From Candidatus Micrarchaeota archaeon (GTDB lineage Archaea; Micrarchaeota; Micrarchaeia; Anstonellales; Bilamarchaeaceae), in assembly GCA_964552755.1 (NCBI GenBank), contig CAZKHX010000001.1, forward strand, positions 84,517-148,516: a stretch of DNA of 64,000 nucleotides, read 5' to 3'. Every line of letters starts with the position of its first letter. The first letter of the stretch is position 1. Both the position numbers and the translations under genes were made by a program. Positions 28,359 to 38,364 of the stretch are shown piece after piece. The notes under the pieces are model-generated. The model ran no database searches. It was not told where the DNA came from and saw only the letters and a list, made by a program, of their open reading frames with translations.

Positions 28359-29104
28359 TTTCTCTCCTTCAACATATCAAGGCAATCCTTTTCAAATGGA
28401 TGCAGCTTCCCGGGGATTGCGAAGCAGAATGGCGGCTTTCCCAAATCGGCGTCTGCAAGCCCATCCCGCTTCCCGCAGCCCACTTTCTCATCGGCATAGC
28501 CTACCCTGCTTAATACTATTATCTCATCAGGCAGCCGCTTCCCCTCCTTTTCCTCCATGCGCGAAAGCAGCTCCAGCCCCTTCTTCGCATCCATCGGGCC
28601 CAATTCCCTGTCAAGGTCCAGCAGCACGAGCGTATGCAGCCCGAGCGAAAGGTTCCCCAATATCAGCCCAAGGGGCGAGGTCGGCTCATAGTTCTCCCTC
28701 CAGTAAGCCACCGTGACGGTTTTCCCGAAGGAATATGGCTGGAGGCCGCTCTTCCCTGCCGCGGCTGAAATGATGGAGGAATTGTGCACAATGCGCGCCC
28801 CAATCCCCCTTTCCATTGCGCCGTGCAGGAGCGTTATGTGCGTGGTTGCACTGAGCGGGTCGCCGCCCACGAGCAGGCACACCCTCTTTTCCGCGGCGCG
28901 CCCAAGCAGGAAATCGCCTTCAACTTTTTCTCGCTCCAGCAGTTCCGGCTTCTTCCCAATGCTTTCCCCTATTTTCGCAATAGTTGCCTCGTCAAAATAG
29001 GAAGTATACGAATCCAAATACAGCTCATCCGCAGCCTTTGCCTCGGCAGCGCCTTCAAGGGTGATGTCGCACGCAACGCCCAGGCCCGCTAAGGAAAGGC
29101 TCAT
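28355..29104 (-). CDS. dph5: Diphthine synthase
   Basis: LAGLG, YLDSYTS, VGGDPLSATTH, IVHNSSI, YSFGKTVT and LHTLVLLD motifs. Confidence 0.92.
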   Translation of the reverse strand: MSLSLAGLGVACDITLEGAAEAKAADELYLDSYTSYFDEATIAKIGESIGKKPELLEREKVEGDFLLGRAAEKRVCLLVGGDPLSATTHITLLHGAMERGIGARIVHNSSIISAAAGKSGLQPYSFGKTVTVAYWRENYEPTSPLGLILGNLSLGLHTLVLLDLDRELGPMDAKKGLELLSRMEEKEGKRLPDEIIVLSRVGYADEKVGCGKRDGLADADLGKPPFCFAIPGKLHPFEKDCLDMLKERK

Positions 29105-29150
29105 GCGGCCGCCCCTGGGCTTCCCGTTTCCAGTTTCCCGCGCATTTTGC

Positions 29151-29987
29151 TCACGCCCCCACTACCATCCTCAGTACGTCGCGCACGCCCGGCGCAAGCC
29201 CGGCAATTGCGAATACCAGAAGGATGTATGTCTTCTCCTGCACGCCGAGCTTCTCCCTATTCACCACATAGGCCGCAAGCCCGGCAACAGCAATCTTCAC
29301 AAGGTAGAACAGGAAATACGTGTCAAACACGTCCCCTATCATCCGCGGCACCACGTGCTGCTCGAAATAGGAAATCCCGGTAATCTGGGGGAATATGTCT
29401 ATTATGTAGAAGGTCGCAGCTCCGTCCAGCGCGTGCGCCGCAACCACGATGGCCGAAAGCATGTCGTTGAAATACCTGTACGCAAGGTACCCCGGCACCG
29501 CGGTGAGCACGAGCACGGGCACCGCATGCATGGCATAGTTCATGAACGGCACAAGCAGCAGGAAGTGGAATGCAAAAAGCGCAAGCCCGGCCCACTTCAA
29601 ATCCTTTATGCGGCCCATGAAGTGCAGCCCGAACAGGCACACAAGGTAGATGGCGGCAACAAGTATGTACGTCCCCGGGCTCACCGTAAGGAACCCATAT
29701 TCGTAAAGCCCGGAGTCCAGTACGAGCTGGTGCACCGGAGTAACCCCTGAAAACACCCCCGAGTCCACCGAATCCGTAACCACGCGCATCGTTGAGCCGA
29801 AGAGCACGAACGCGAGCGTGCCAAAAAAGAACTCCCTGTCCACAGCTATTCCCGTGCGCTTCAGCCCCTTCCATATCAGGTACACCGCGCCGAGCGCAAT
29901 CAGCGCATACACTAGCGTATTCACGAGGTTGTAGCCGCTCTTCTCCAGTATCGGGGACACAAAAAACTCATAGAAAAAATTTTCCAT
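29151..29987 (-). CDS. DUF63 family membrane protein
   Basis: GYNLVNTLVY, RVVTD, HALDGAAT, EQHVV and GLAPGVRD motifs; multiple TMs. Confidence 0.85.
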   Translation of the reverse strand: MENFFYEFFVSPILEKSGYNLVNTLVYALIALGAVYLIWKGLKRTGIAVDREFFFGTLAFVLFGSTMRVVTDSVDSGVFSGVTPVHQLVLDSGLYEYGFLTVSPGTYILVAAIYLVCLFGLHFMGRIKDLKWAGLALFAFHFLLLVPFMNYAMHAVPVLVLTAVPGYLAYRYFNDMLSAIVVAAHALDGAATFYIIDIFPQITGISYFEQHVVPRMIGDVFDTYFLFYLVKIAVAGLAAYVVNREKLGVQEKTYILLVFAIAGLAPGVRDVLRMVVGA

Positions 29988-30068
29988 TGCTAAGCAGAGG
30001 ATGCCAACATTATTAAAACTAATGCGGGTGCGGCTCCTTTTATTTGCTTTTCGCAGCGCAATCTACTC

Positions 30069-31055
30069 ATGGACATTCCTGACTACATCCGTTCAAGGGC
30101 GGAAAAAATAGAGCAGGCGCTGTACAGGGACATCCCCTCCGAGCCGAAAGCAGTCTACGGCATGCTCGGCGACTTCATCGCAAGGGGCGGCAAGAGGATA
30201 CGGCCCGTGCTCACCCTTGCGTGCGCTTCCGCCTGCGGGGGGAGAGAGGAAGATGCGCTCCCCTATGCGGTCGCAGTGGAGCTTTTCCACAACTTCACCC
30301 TCATCCATGATGATTTGGAGGACCGCTCGCCCATGCGCAGGGGCAGGCCGACCGTGCATGAGGAATTCGGGGATGCAATTGCGATCAACTCGGGCGACGC
30401 CCTTTACACCGTGGTCTGGGCATCCCTGCTTTCCAAGGAAATCCCTCCGGAAAAGCTTGCGCAGGCCGAAAGGCTTATGGTCTCCGCATTCAGCAGGGTG
30501 GTGGAAGGCCAGGGCATAGAGCTCAATTGGTACAGGGAGGACAGGTTCGACGTTTCAGAGGGCGACTATTTCAGGATGGCCGGGGGCAAGACCGCGGCCC
30601 TCATAGGCGCGGCGTGCGAGCTCGGCGCATTCTCCGCGGGCGCAGGGGACGATGGGCGCGCCGCAATGAGGGAATTCGGGGAGGCGATAGGCCTCGCCTT
30701 CCAGATAAAGGACGATGTGCTGAACCTCACCGCCGACCCCTCGAAATACAGGAAGAAAATAGGCGAGGACATAATGGAGGGCAAGCGCTCGCTCATCACC
30801 ATCCACCTGCTTGCGAACGCGCCTGCCGAAATGAAGCGCAGGGCAGTGGAGATATTCGCAAAAGAAAAAAAAACGGAAGCAGAGGTGCGGGAGATAATCT
30901 CCATGGCAAAGGAGGCCGGCTCAGTGGATTACGCAAGCAGGGCGGCGGAAGAATACGTCGGGAACTCGAAGGCCGCGCTTTCCCGCATAAAGGATGGGGG
31001 GGGCAGGGAGCTGCTCAGCGGGCTTGCCGATTACATCGTATCTCGCGAGAAATGA
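30069..31055 (+). CDS. Polyprenyl diphosphate synthase (GGPP synthase-like)
   Basis: GGKRIRP, LIHDDLED..RRGRPT, KTAALI and FQIKDD motifs. Confidence 0.95.
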   Translation: MDIPDYIRSRAEKIEQALYRDIPSEPKAVYGMLGDFIARGGKRIRPVLTLACASACGGREEDALPYAVAVELFHNFTLIHDDLEDRSPMRRGRPTVHEEFGDAIAINSGDALYTVVWASLLSKEIPPEKLAQAERLMVSAFSRVVEGQGIELNWYREDRFDVSEGDYFRMAGGKTAALIGAACELGAFSAGAGDDGRAAMREFGEAIGLAFQIKDDVLNLTADPSKYRKKIGEDIMEGKRSLITIHLLANAPAEMKRRAVEIFAKEKKTEAEVREIISMAKEAGSVDYASRAAEEYVGNSKAALSRIKDGGGRELLSGLADYIVSREK

Positions 31056-31122
31056 CCCTGCCTGCCGCCCCCGCCGTTAAAAATGAAAAACTATTTAAAT
31101 GGTTTCAGGGCATATTACCCTC

Positions 31123-33225
31123 ATGCGACCAACCAAGATGCTCCTGAGTATGCTACTGTTAGCCAGTATTCTCTCGGCCTTCACCGTAGACAACTATCTT
31201 TACCAAGGCGAGGAGATCACCTCCGAGGAGACGTTCATAATCCACGGGGTGCACTACAAGCTCATATTCGTGGACGAAGAGCCGGTGTTCCTGCTCAGGG
31301 ACGGCGAGCTCGCCACGGACAGGGCGGAAATAGAGACGGCGTTGGTCGAGCATTATACCACAATCTATTACCCTTCCGGAGAGGAGCTGCAGGAGCTTGA
31401 GGATGCATTCCGCGCATACGACGACAGCAGGGAAAACGGGGACTGGTACAAGGACGTCGAGGAGGAGGAATGCAGGATGTCGCTGTTTTTGCACGCGTTC
31501 CCGTGCACAAACGAAACGGACTGCGTACTGACTTCATACGTGATCTGCGAGGAATATGGGGACTATGTGGGCTGCATGGACCCCGCGGACATTAGGGACG
31601 ACATAGAGCAGTTCGCCTTCGCAAGCAACGGGATGGAAGAGCACACGGGCAGGATATACGCGCTCATCGGCAACATCAGCCCTTCCACCATCCACCAGAG
31701 CCTTGCCGAGATACAGTCGATGATACCCGACATGCAGGGCTACGAGGAGGACATGGAGACCAGCAGGTTCAGGCTCCCGGTCGGGGGAGAGAAATGCAAT
31801 GACTGCTGGGGCATCTGCCCGCCCATAGACATCGATGCGGATGCGCTCACAACCGCGACCAACAAGCTCTCCATCATGATGGACAAGACCGCCTCCTTCG
31901 GCGACTACTCGGCACAGGCGCAGGAGATGTCCGAAGGCGCAGCCGAAAGGGAAGAGTACTACCTGCTCAACCAGGAAAGGGAATATTACCATTCATTCAT
32001 TGACCCCTGGATTGAAGATGCTGAAGAAGCCCTTGAAGATGCCGACGAGCTCTTCGACCACATCTCCAACTCATCCCTCGAATCCACGGCCGAGCGCGTG
32101 GAGGAGCTTGTCGAAGGCATAAACGATTCCCTGGAAGAAGCGGAATTCTCGTCCATAAATTCCTCGCTCGATGAGCTGGAGTCCAAGACCAACGTGCTCG
32201 ATGATGCGATAGACGCACAGTGGGAGATATACAATTCCACATTTGACGCGAAGGCGGAGGCCGCGAGCATGCTCTTCGTGCTTGAGACCACCCAGCTTTC
32301 CGCAGAGGACGAGGCAACGGTCGATACCCTTGCCGCAAAGAAGAGGACGCTCGACAGGAGCCTCGTGGATGGCCTTAGCGCAGAAAGGTACCTTGAGCTG
32401 CGCGAGGAATACCAGGAGGTAATAACCGACCTTTCCCCACTGCTCAATGATGTTGAGCGGACCAGCTCGGTAACCAGCGCCTTCAAGGCCGCCGGCAAGA
32501 AGACCAACGAGGGCTTCATCGGACTCGTGGAAACCGTGCAGCCAATGGACAGGGCTGGGAGGGATGAGCTCTCTTCCTATGCACCCATGGTGTTCGCATC
32601 AATTTCGTTTTTCTCCCTTGCCTCGCTGCTCACCTTCATGTTCCTTTTCGTGTTCGGCGCGCTTTCCCACGTGTTCAGGAAGAGGACGGTGCTGTTCCTC
32701 GGCCTTGCGCTCCTTGTTGCAGGCATCGTGTTCGTGGGCGCGCTCTCCGCAGGCGTCTATTTCGTGACGAAGGCGGCTTCCACCGATGCTGACTTCAGGG
32801 ACTTCCAGTCCGCGGTTGCGGGCGCGGACGAGGTTTCGATACTCATCGAGTCCGAGGGGGTAACCTCAGGCGCGGTTGACCAGATGAGGGCCTGCGCGCA
32901 GAAGATTTCGGGCGACCTTTCGCCCCAGCAGGTAAAAGTCTACGAGCGCACGAATTCCGAGTGCATAGCCCCCGGGGACTCAACGCTCGAGGACTGCTAT
33001 AATTCGGTGCCCGAGCCCCTCATAACGCTCAGGTACAGCGCAGTGGCAACCCGGCCGGCATTCACCACCGCATTCGTGGAGCAGGCGGTGTTCGCAGGGG
33101 ACGAGATGTACTTTGAGGAATGCGCTTTCTCCGCGATGTTCTCCATGCCTGCCGAGCTCGGCGCACCCGTGGAGCTTCCGGAGGGGCCGGAAGCCGAAGC
33201 AGATGAAACCGGAGGAGAGGAGTGA
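31123..33225 (+). CDS. Secreted/membrane acidic coiled-coil protein
   Basis: Signal peptide, Cys-rich segments, long acidic helical region, two TMs (~32580-32770) and a C-terminal 4-Cys domain. Confidence 0.8.
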   Translation: MRPTKMLLSMLLLASILSAFTVDNYLYQGEEITSEETFIIHGVHYKLIFVDEEPVFLLRDGELATDRAEIETALVEHYTTIYYPSGEELQELEDAFRAYDDSRENGDWYKDVEEEECRMSLFLHAFPCTNETDCVLTSYVICEEYGDYVGCMDPADIRDDIEQFAFASNGMEEHTGRIYALIGNISPSTIHQSLAEIQSMIPDMQGYEEDMETSRFRLPVGGEKCNDCWGICPPIDIDADALTTATNKLSIMMDKTASFGDYSAQAQEMSEGAAEREEYYLLNQEREYYHSFIDPWIEDAEEALEDADELFDHISNSSLESTAERVEELVEGINDSLEEAEFSSINSSLDELESKTNVLDDAIDAQWEIYNSTFDAKAEAASMLFVLETTQLSAEDEATVDTLAAKKRTLDRSLVDGLSAERYLELREEYQEVITDLSPLLNDVERTSSVTSAFKAAGKKTNEGFIGLVETVQPMDRAGRDELSSYAPMVFASISFFSLASLLTFMFLFVFGALSHVFRKRTVLFLGLALLVAGIVFVGALSAGVYFVTKAASTDADFRDFQSAVAGADEVSILIESEGVTSGAVDQMRACAQKISGDLSPQQVKVYERTNSECIAPGDSTLEDCYNSVPEPLITLRYSAVATRPAFTTAFVEQAVFAGDEMYFEECAFSAMFSMPAELGAPVELPEGPEAEADETGGEE

Positions 33226-33909
33226 ATGGAAACCAAGACCATTGCAACTGCCATAATCGTACTGCTGGCGGCAATCGTGGCCGCATACGTGCTTATGCAG
33301 CCCCCCGCGCCGGGCCCGGCCCCGCCGCAGGACAGGGGCGACGAAGTGGAATACATCCAGTATTTCATAGACAACGCCGTTGAGGCAAACGACGTCCACA
33401 TCGTGATGGACCTCAGGGGCTCGGAGGGGAAGGCAAGGGCTAACATAATGCAGTGCGGGATAGACCTTGCCGCAGGCAGCGGCCTCGTCTCAAAGACGCT
33501 GCATGTCTATTCATTTGAGGGTGGCATATGCACCACGCAGGAAGGCGAGATGCCCATTGCGGACTGCATAAACGAGCTGCAGGCCGCACGCACAGCACAG
33601 GGCCACGTGATTTTCTATGCGGAAAAGGGCGACAGCGTAAAAATATACGAGCAGGAGCTCCTCATCGGCGTGAACGAGAGCTACGAGTACAAGGACTGCA
33701 GCGTGAACCTGGTCGTAGTGACCCAAACCCCGGACGAAACGGGAGGGCGCAACGTGACCATGCCGCCCGAGGGCGACCTTCCGTCCAGCCCCGGCCCGGA
33801 AATCCCCGGGAATGAAACAGAAGGCGGACTGCCGGAGGGGGAACTCCCTCTAGGCCCCGGTCCCGAAATACTGCCCGGCAACGAATCAGCGGCAAACGAA
33901 TCCGGCTAG
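33226..33909 (+). CDS. Membrane-anchored protein with 4-Cys domain and Pro/Gly/Glu repeat tail
   Basis: N-terminal TM; domain resembles the C-terminus of the upstream gene; the tail repeats LP-x-x-PGPEI-(L)PGNE twice. Confidence 0.8.
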   Translation: METKTIATAIIVLLAAIVAAYVLMQPPAPGPAPPQDRGDEVEYIQYFIDNAVEANDVHIVMDLRGSEGKARANIMQCGIDLAAGSGLVSKTLHVYSFEGGICTTQEGEMPIADCINELQAARTAQGHVIFYAEKGDSVKIYEQELLIGVNESYEYKDCSVNLVVVTQTPDETGGRNVTMPPEGDLPSSPGPEIPGNETEGGLPEGELPLGPGPEILPGNESAANESG

Positions 33910-35117
33910 TACTTTTTCCTGTATCTCAGGAAAGCGCCCAGCCCGCCGAAGCCCTGCAGGAACTGCGCGCCTTCAACCGTCTGTGAGGAAACTATCTCTA
34001 CAGTGACCCCCAGTTCCTCGGCCTTGTCTATCAAATAGTCAATGAGCGGCATTTCCTCAATCAGCATCATGGAAGCCCCGCATTTGGGGCAGTCGAGGTC
34101 GTCGACCTTCCCGTGCGAAACCTTCCTCTCCCTGTTGCCGCACTTTTCGCATTCGAAGTCCGAAAGCGAGAAATCCAAATCCTCGGAAATGAGCACCACG
34201 CTTGCCTGCTTGCTCTCCACGGCCTCCATCACTTCCTTCAGTCCGTAGGTCGCCAGGCCCTCTTTCACCACTTCGCCTATGAACCGCTCTACCAGCACGC
34301 GCTCCTTCACGGTTTCCTGCTCGGAAAGTATGTCCTCGCTCTTCGCAAGCACCTCCCGCACGCCGTACTCGTCCGTGTAGCCCGTGTCCACCACGCCCAT
34401 CACCTTTATCTGGTAGTTGAACGTCTTTGCCTTCTCGAAGAAGTCCTTGGTGGGGCCCGGGCCGCCTATTATCACGCCCTTCACGCGGTTCAGGAGGTGC
34501 TCGTCCACCGCCTCGCCCACGCGCTTGTAGTACCTCTCGATTGATTCCTCTATGAGGCGCTCGTACCTCCTCGCCGACTGGCCGCCCTTCCTCACCTTTG
34601 CGTGAGCCATGGACTCTATCTTCTTCACTATGTTGATTTCGGTGCCCTTCACCACCGCGAGCGTCGCTTCCCTGCCGTCAAGCACGATTATGCCGAACGC
34701 GTCGCGCGTATCCATCATGCGCTCGAGCGGCTCAAGGAAAAAGCGCGAGTCGCACCTGTAGATGGAAACATTGAGCTTCTCAGGGGGCTCGAGCGAAAAG
34801 AGCTGCACGTCCCTCTTCGATGGGTCTCCCGAGATGTTTCCTGCGAAGATGACCAGCCCGTTGCCAGGAGTCTGCCTGAACGCTTTCATGTGGTGCAGGA
34901 TTTTCTCCAGCGCGTCAATCACGTTTGTGCGCGTCTGCTTGGACTTTATGTTGGACGCCTGGCTCACTTCCTCCCTCAGCTTCCCCGCGGTTTCGTGTAT
35001 CGGGTAGCCCGAAGGTATGTACACGGAAATGAGCTGGGTGCCGCTGCCCGAGAGCGACGAAAGGTCGCGCACCATCTTCTTGAGCTCGTACATCTTGCCG
35101 CTTTTTGCCTCAGCCAT
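33906..35117 (-). CDS. prf1: Archaeal peptide chain release factor 1
   Basis: SNIKS, YRCDSRF and GGQSARR motifs, plus a zinc ribbon CEKC...CPKC. Confidence 0.97.
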   Translation of the reverse strand: MAEAKSGKMYELKKMVRDLSSLSGSGTQLISVYIPSGYPIHETAGKLREEVSQASNIKSKQTRTNVIDALEKILHHMKAFRQTPGNGLVIFAGNISGDPSKRDVQLFSLEPPEKLNVSIYRCDSRFFLEPLERMMDTRDAFGIIVLDGREATLAVVKGTEINIVKKIESMAHAKVRKGGQSARRYERLIEESIERYYKRVGEAVDEHLLNRVKGVIIGGPGPTKDFFEKAKTFNYQIKVMGVVDTGYTDEYGVREVLAKSEDILSEQETVKERVLVERFIGEVVKEGLATYGLKEVMEAVESKQASVVLISEDLDFSLSDFECEKCGNRERKVSHGKVDDLDCPKCGASMMLIEEMPLIDYLIDKAEELGVTVEIVSSQTVEGAQFLQGFGGLGAFLRYRKKY

Positions 35118-35121
35118 CTCT

Positions 35122-35682
35122 TCACTCCATCTCTTTCGCTTCCCCTGTTTCAAGGAAGTATTTCATGCACACGACCTTGAGGGAGCCGTCCTCAACCGCC
35201 TTCCTCACAACCTCGCTCCCCTCCATGAGGTCCTTCTTCACGTTCTCCATGTTTATGCAGCAGGACTCTTCCACATCATTGCCCCCTGCCTCCGCGGCGG
35301 GCGCAATCTTCTTCACTATTGACGCGATGTGGCCTTCCGCATGCCCTCCCCCGCAGGTTGCGGTGACCGCGCCGCACTTGGAATGCCCGAGGATTACAAG
35401 CAGGGGCGTGTGCAGGTGCCCTACCCCGTATTCCACGCTCCCCATTCCGATGTCGCCCAGCACGTTTCCCGCGGTGTGTATCTTGAATATCTCGCCTATG
35501 TTCGCATCGAACACGTATTCGGGGATTACGCGGGAGTCGGAGCATGTAATTATGGTTACAAACGGCTTCTGCCCGCCCTCCACTTCCTTCCTGCGCAGGG
35601 GGAAGTCGTACTGCTTCCTCTCCCCTTTCACGAACCTCGCATTCCCTTCCTTCAGCCTTTTCATTGCCTCTTCTGCGTCCAT
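35122..35682 (-). CDS. Beta-class carbonic anhydrase
   Basis: CSDSR and HSKCGAV zinc-ligand motifs intact; EGNARF N-terminus. Confidence 0.93.
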   Translation of the reverse strand: MDAEEAMKRLKEGNARFVKGERKQYDFPLRRKEVEGGQKPFVTIITCSDSRVIPEYVFDANIGEIFKIHTAGNVLGDIGMGSVEYGVGHLHTPLLVILGHSKCGAVTATCGGGHAEGHIASIVKKIAPAAEAGGNDVEESCCINMENVKKDLMEGSEVVRKAVEDGSLKVVCMKYFLETGEAKEME

Positions 35683-35752
35683 GCTTTCACCTGATTAGAA
35701 AGTGTAGGGAATGGACTGGAAAGAATTTAAAAAAGGGATATGCCGGGCGCAT

Positions 35753-37003
35753 TTACGGGTTGTTGCTTACCCTGAACTTCTCCCCATTGAGGTCTTCCTC
35801 AGAAGGCGCGTCAACGCCGTCTGCGAACACGACCTCCGCCTTCCCGGTCTCGAGCGAGTAGTGCAGCCCCACAACACCGGCCTCCCCTTCCGTTATGAGC
35901 TTGCGGATGGCCGGGCTGGCCCCGATCTTTTCGCAGTTTTCGCGCACATTGGCAATGGCCGCGTCAACGTCAACTTCTTCAGCCGCTTCGTTTCCCCCGT
36001 GCCCGATCACCCCGAGCAGCGGGATGCGCTTGCCGTTCCCGCGGCCCTCATGCGCAAATCTCTCGAATGCCTCAACAGTTGACATGGTGGCGGCAGGACC
36101 CGCATTTCTTATGCTGAATATGTGCCTGTTGGCCCTCGGGCTGAAAATGTCCCTTAGCAGCACCCTCGCATCCGATTCCACGAGCATCGCGGACCATATG
36201 CTGAACAGCCGGCCGCCCCTGTCCAGCACCCCGCGCATGAGCAGCTGGTTGTTATTGCCCACGAGCCCGTTCCATGCTGCAATGCCCCCTTCTGATTCGT
36301 TTGCAATGAACCTTGATTTGCGGCGGGAGAGTGGCTTCGGCTTCTTCCCTTCAGCCGCCAGTTTCCTGTTTGCCTCTTCCTCCTTCCTGATTTTCTCCAT
36401 CCACGCTTTCTCCGGAGTGGTGCGTATTAGCGAATTCTTTACCATCCCAAGCGAAGCTGCGACAACCGCCAGCCTCCCATCCGAAACGGCCTCCTTGACC
36501 ATGGGGCTGATTTCAATAATGTCCTTGGCGATTTCCTCTGCCCTTGCAAGGGCGCCGTCCTCGCCCTTTGCCATCATGTCGCCCCATATAACCGCAAGCA
36601 GCCCTGCGCCGAGCCCGACGCCGCGCTCCACCGCCCTAAGCGCCACGGGCCCGAACTTCACGTTCGTAACCTCATAAATTTCCCCCCTATTCGCATCAAG
36701 AAGCATCTCCGCAGGCGGGTTGCAGGCATGGCTCACCACAATGGCCTTTGGGGAATGCACCCGGTATGCCCCGAGTTCCTGCTCGTAATGCTGGTCGGGC
36801 CTGCCCTCCGCGGCTTTTTCTTCCGCGAGGCACCTGGCAATCTCCCTCGAGCGCACCATCTCCCTGTTCTCCTCGAGAAGTTTCCTCAGCACCTGGTTTG
36901 GCCCCATCCGGGTGCCACTGAGCTGGGCATTTGCAAAATATTTCCTCCCTTCCCTCTTCTGGAGGGTTGCATCCCTGCTTACGAATCCTGATTTAAGCGC
37001 CAT
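35753..37003 (-). CDS. Tandem degenerate beta-carbonic-anhydrase-fold protein
   Basis: Two CA-like halves: domain 1 has ...DANRGEIYEVTNV; domain 2 has VESDAR...IFSIRNAG...LLGVIGHGG...GLHYSLETGKAE. The Cys ligands are absent. Confidence 0.7.
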   Translation of the reverse strand: MALKSGFVSRDATLQKREGRKYFANAQLSGTRMGPNQVLRKLLEENREMVRSREIARCLAEEKAAEGRPDQHYEQELGAYRVHSPKAIVVSHACNPPAEMLLDANRGEIYEVTNVKFGPVALRAVERGVGLGAGLLAVIWGDMMAKGEDGALARAEEIAKDIIEISPMVKEAVSDGRLAVVAASLGMVKNSLIRTTPEKAWMEKIRKEEEANRKLAAEGKKPKPLSRRKSRFIANESEGGIAAWNGLVGNNNQLLMRGVLDRGGRLFSIWSAMLVESDARVLLRDIFSPRANRHIFSIRNAGPAATMSTVEAFERFAHEGRGNGKRIPLLGVIGHGGNEAAEEVDVDAAIANVRENCEKIGASPAIRKLITEGEAGVVGLHYSLETGKAEVVFADGVDAPSEEDLNGEKFRVSNNP

Positions 37004-37043
37004 GAATACCCCATTCCACTAATTTCCACATTTATATTACTAT

Positions 37044-37065
37044 AACAACATTTATAAAGGTTGTT
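37044..37065. promoter_or_regulatory. Near-perfect 22-bp palindrome centred on a TATA element
   Basis: AACAAC-A-TTTATAAA-G-GTTGTT between divergent CA-like genes. Confidence 0.6.
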
Positions 37066-37156
37066 CAGACGTTTCCCATAGCAGGCTGGCAATGCGTTTA
37101 TAAACACTTTTGTGCACAAGGCAAACTACGGATTTGATGATGTTAGAGATGATGTT

Positions 37157-38299
37157 ATGAAGCAAACACGCGCCCCTGGAGGGGAATTCCGCAGGGAAGG
37201 GATGGCGCCCTGGAGAAGGGATAATCTGGACCACGGCATCCTCAAGGCAATCGCTTCGCAGAAGCCGCTTCCTGCCGGCAGGATAAGGGAACATTACGCG
37301 GCATGCAACCGCATATTCGCGCAGAGGGTTGCGGAGCACGAAAAGGCGAACGGCCGCCTCCCGGACCCTGAGCCCGGAGAATACATTTTTGCTGCGAAGA
37401 AATGCACCGATTCAAGGCACGCCACCGGCAGCCTCGGGCTGTTTTTCACGGCCCCTGCGATACACGAGAACACCGCGGGAAGCATCGTGAGGGGCGGGCA
37501 CCTTTTCAAGGCGCTCCACCCGGACGGCTTCGGGGCGGTTGAAGGCCATTTCGAATGCGGCGCGACAAAGGTCGCCCACCTTTACCATGCCGACCGGTTC
37601 CATGGCGCCCCGGACGAAGACGTAGTCAGGATACTCACCTCAATTCCGGCGGCAGTCGCCGCTCCGGAAGACGCGGCAGTCAGGGACCGCTGGAATGCCC
37701 TCCACCAGGCGGCAATGGGCAACTTCACGCTCATGCTGGAGGGCAGGCAGCAGAAGGTCTACCCGACGTTCCTCAGCTGGGAGTGCGGAATCGACTACCA
37801 GTGGCTGGACGGGATGCCGATGAAGCCGCCGTTCCCCCTTTCCACAATTGAAAATGAAGTGCGGGCCCTGTTCGACTGCGCGTTTGCGGAGGGCAGGGAA
37901 CTGGCCACCCAGTATTCCACGATGTCCGTCATGTATGACCCGTACCGCTTGGGGAGGTTCAACGACCCGCGCATAATCATGGATGCCCTGGCGAACGAGT
38001 TCTTCTGCATCACCTTTGATTTCGGGAGGGTCGCAAATGGCGGGAAAAAGCAGCTCTCGCGGACGGGCATGGGCTCCCTGAGGTATGCCAACTTCCACGA
38101 CAACGTGGGCCACGTCCGCGGGGTCGGCGGCGAAGACGGCACCAGGATAGTCGGCGTGCTCGACCCGGACGAGCGGGTGCTCGAGAAGGTCAAGGGCGAA
38201 CTCCTATCGGACCCCCAGATAAAGGAGATGACGCGGAATGGGGAGGCCATACTGCCCATAAAATACGACCTTGAAACGCGCCTGGCGGAATTCCTCTGA
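37157..38299 (+). CDS. Divergent beta-carbonic-anhydrase-fold protein with C-terminal extension
   Basis: CTDSR, NTAG and GHFECGA motifs. Start uncertain (GTG 37112 or ATG 37157). Confidence 0.7.
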   Translation: MKQTRAPGGEFRREGMAPWRRDNLDHGILKAIASQKPLPAGRIREHYAACNRIFAQRVAEHEKANGRLPDPEPGEYIFAAKKCTDSRHATGSLGLFFTAPAIHENTAGSIVRGGHLFKALHPDGFGAVEGHFECGATKVAHLYHADRFHGAPDEDVVRILTSIPAAVAAPEDAAVRDRWNALHQAAMGNFTLMLEGRQQKVYPTFLSWECGIDYQWLDGMPMKPPFPLSTIENEVRALFDCAFAEGRELATQYSTMSVMYDPYRLGRFNDPRIIMDALANEFFCITFDFGRVANGGKKQLSRTGMGSLRYANFHDNVGHVRGVGGEDGTRIVGVLDPDERVLEKVKGELLSDPQIKEMTRNGEAILPIKYDLETRLAEFL

Positions 38300-38321
38300 A
38301 TGCTGCATTTTTTGCAGCATT
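38299..38321. terminator. 9-bp inverted repeat followed by a T-run (terminator or glmS operator)
   Basis: AATGCTGCA-TTTTT-TGCAGCATT immediately after the stop and before TTTTAAA. Confidence 0.4.
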
Positions 38322-38364
38322 TTTAAACAGTATACCACATAATATTCTCATTCGGTGCGGACGA

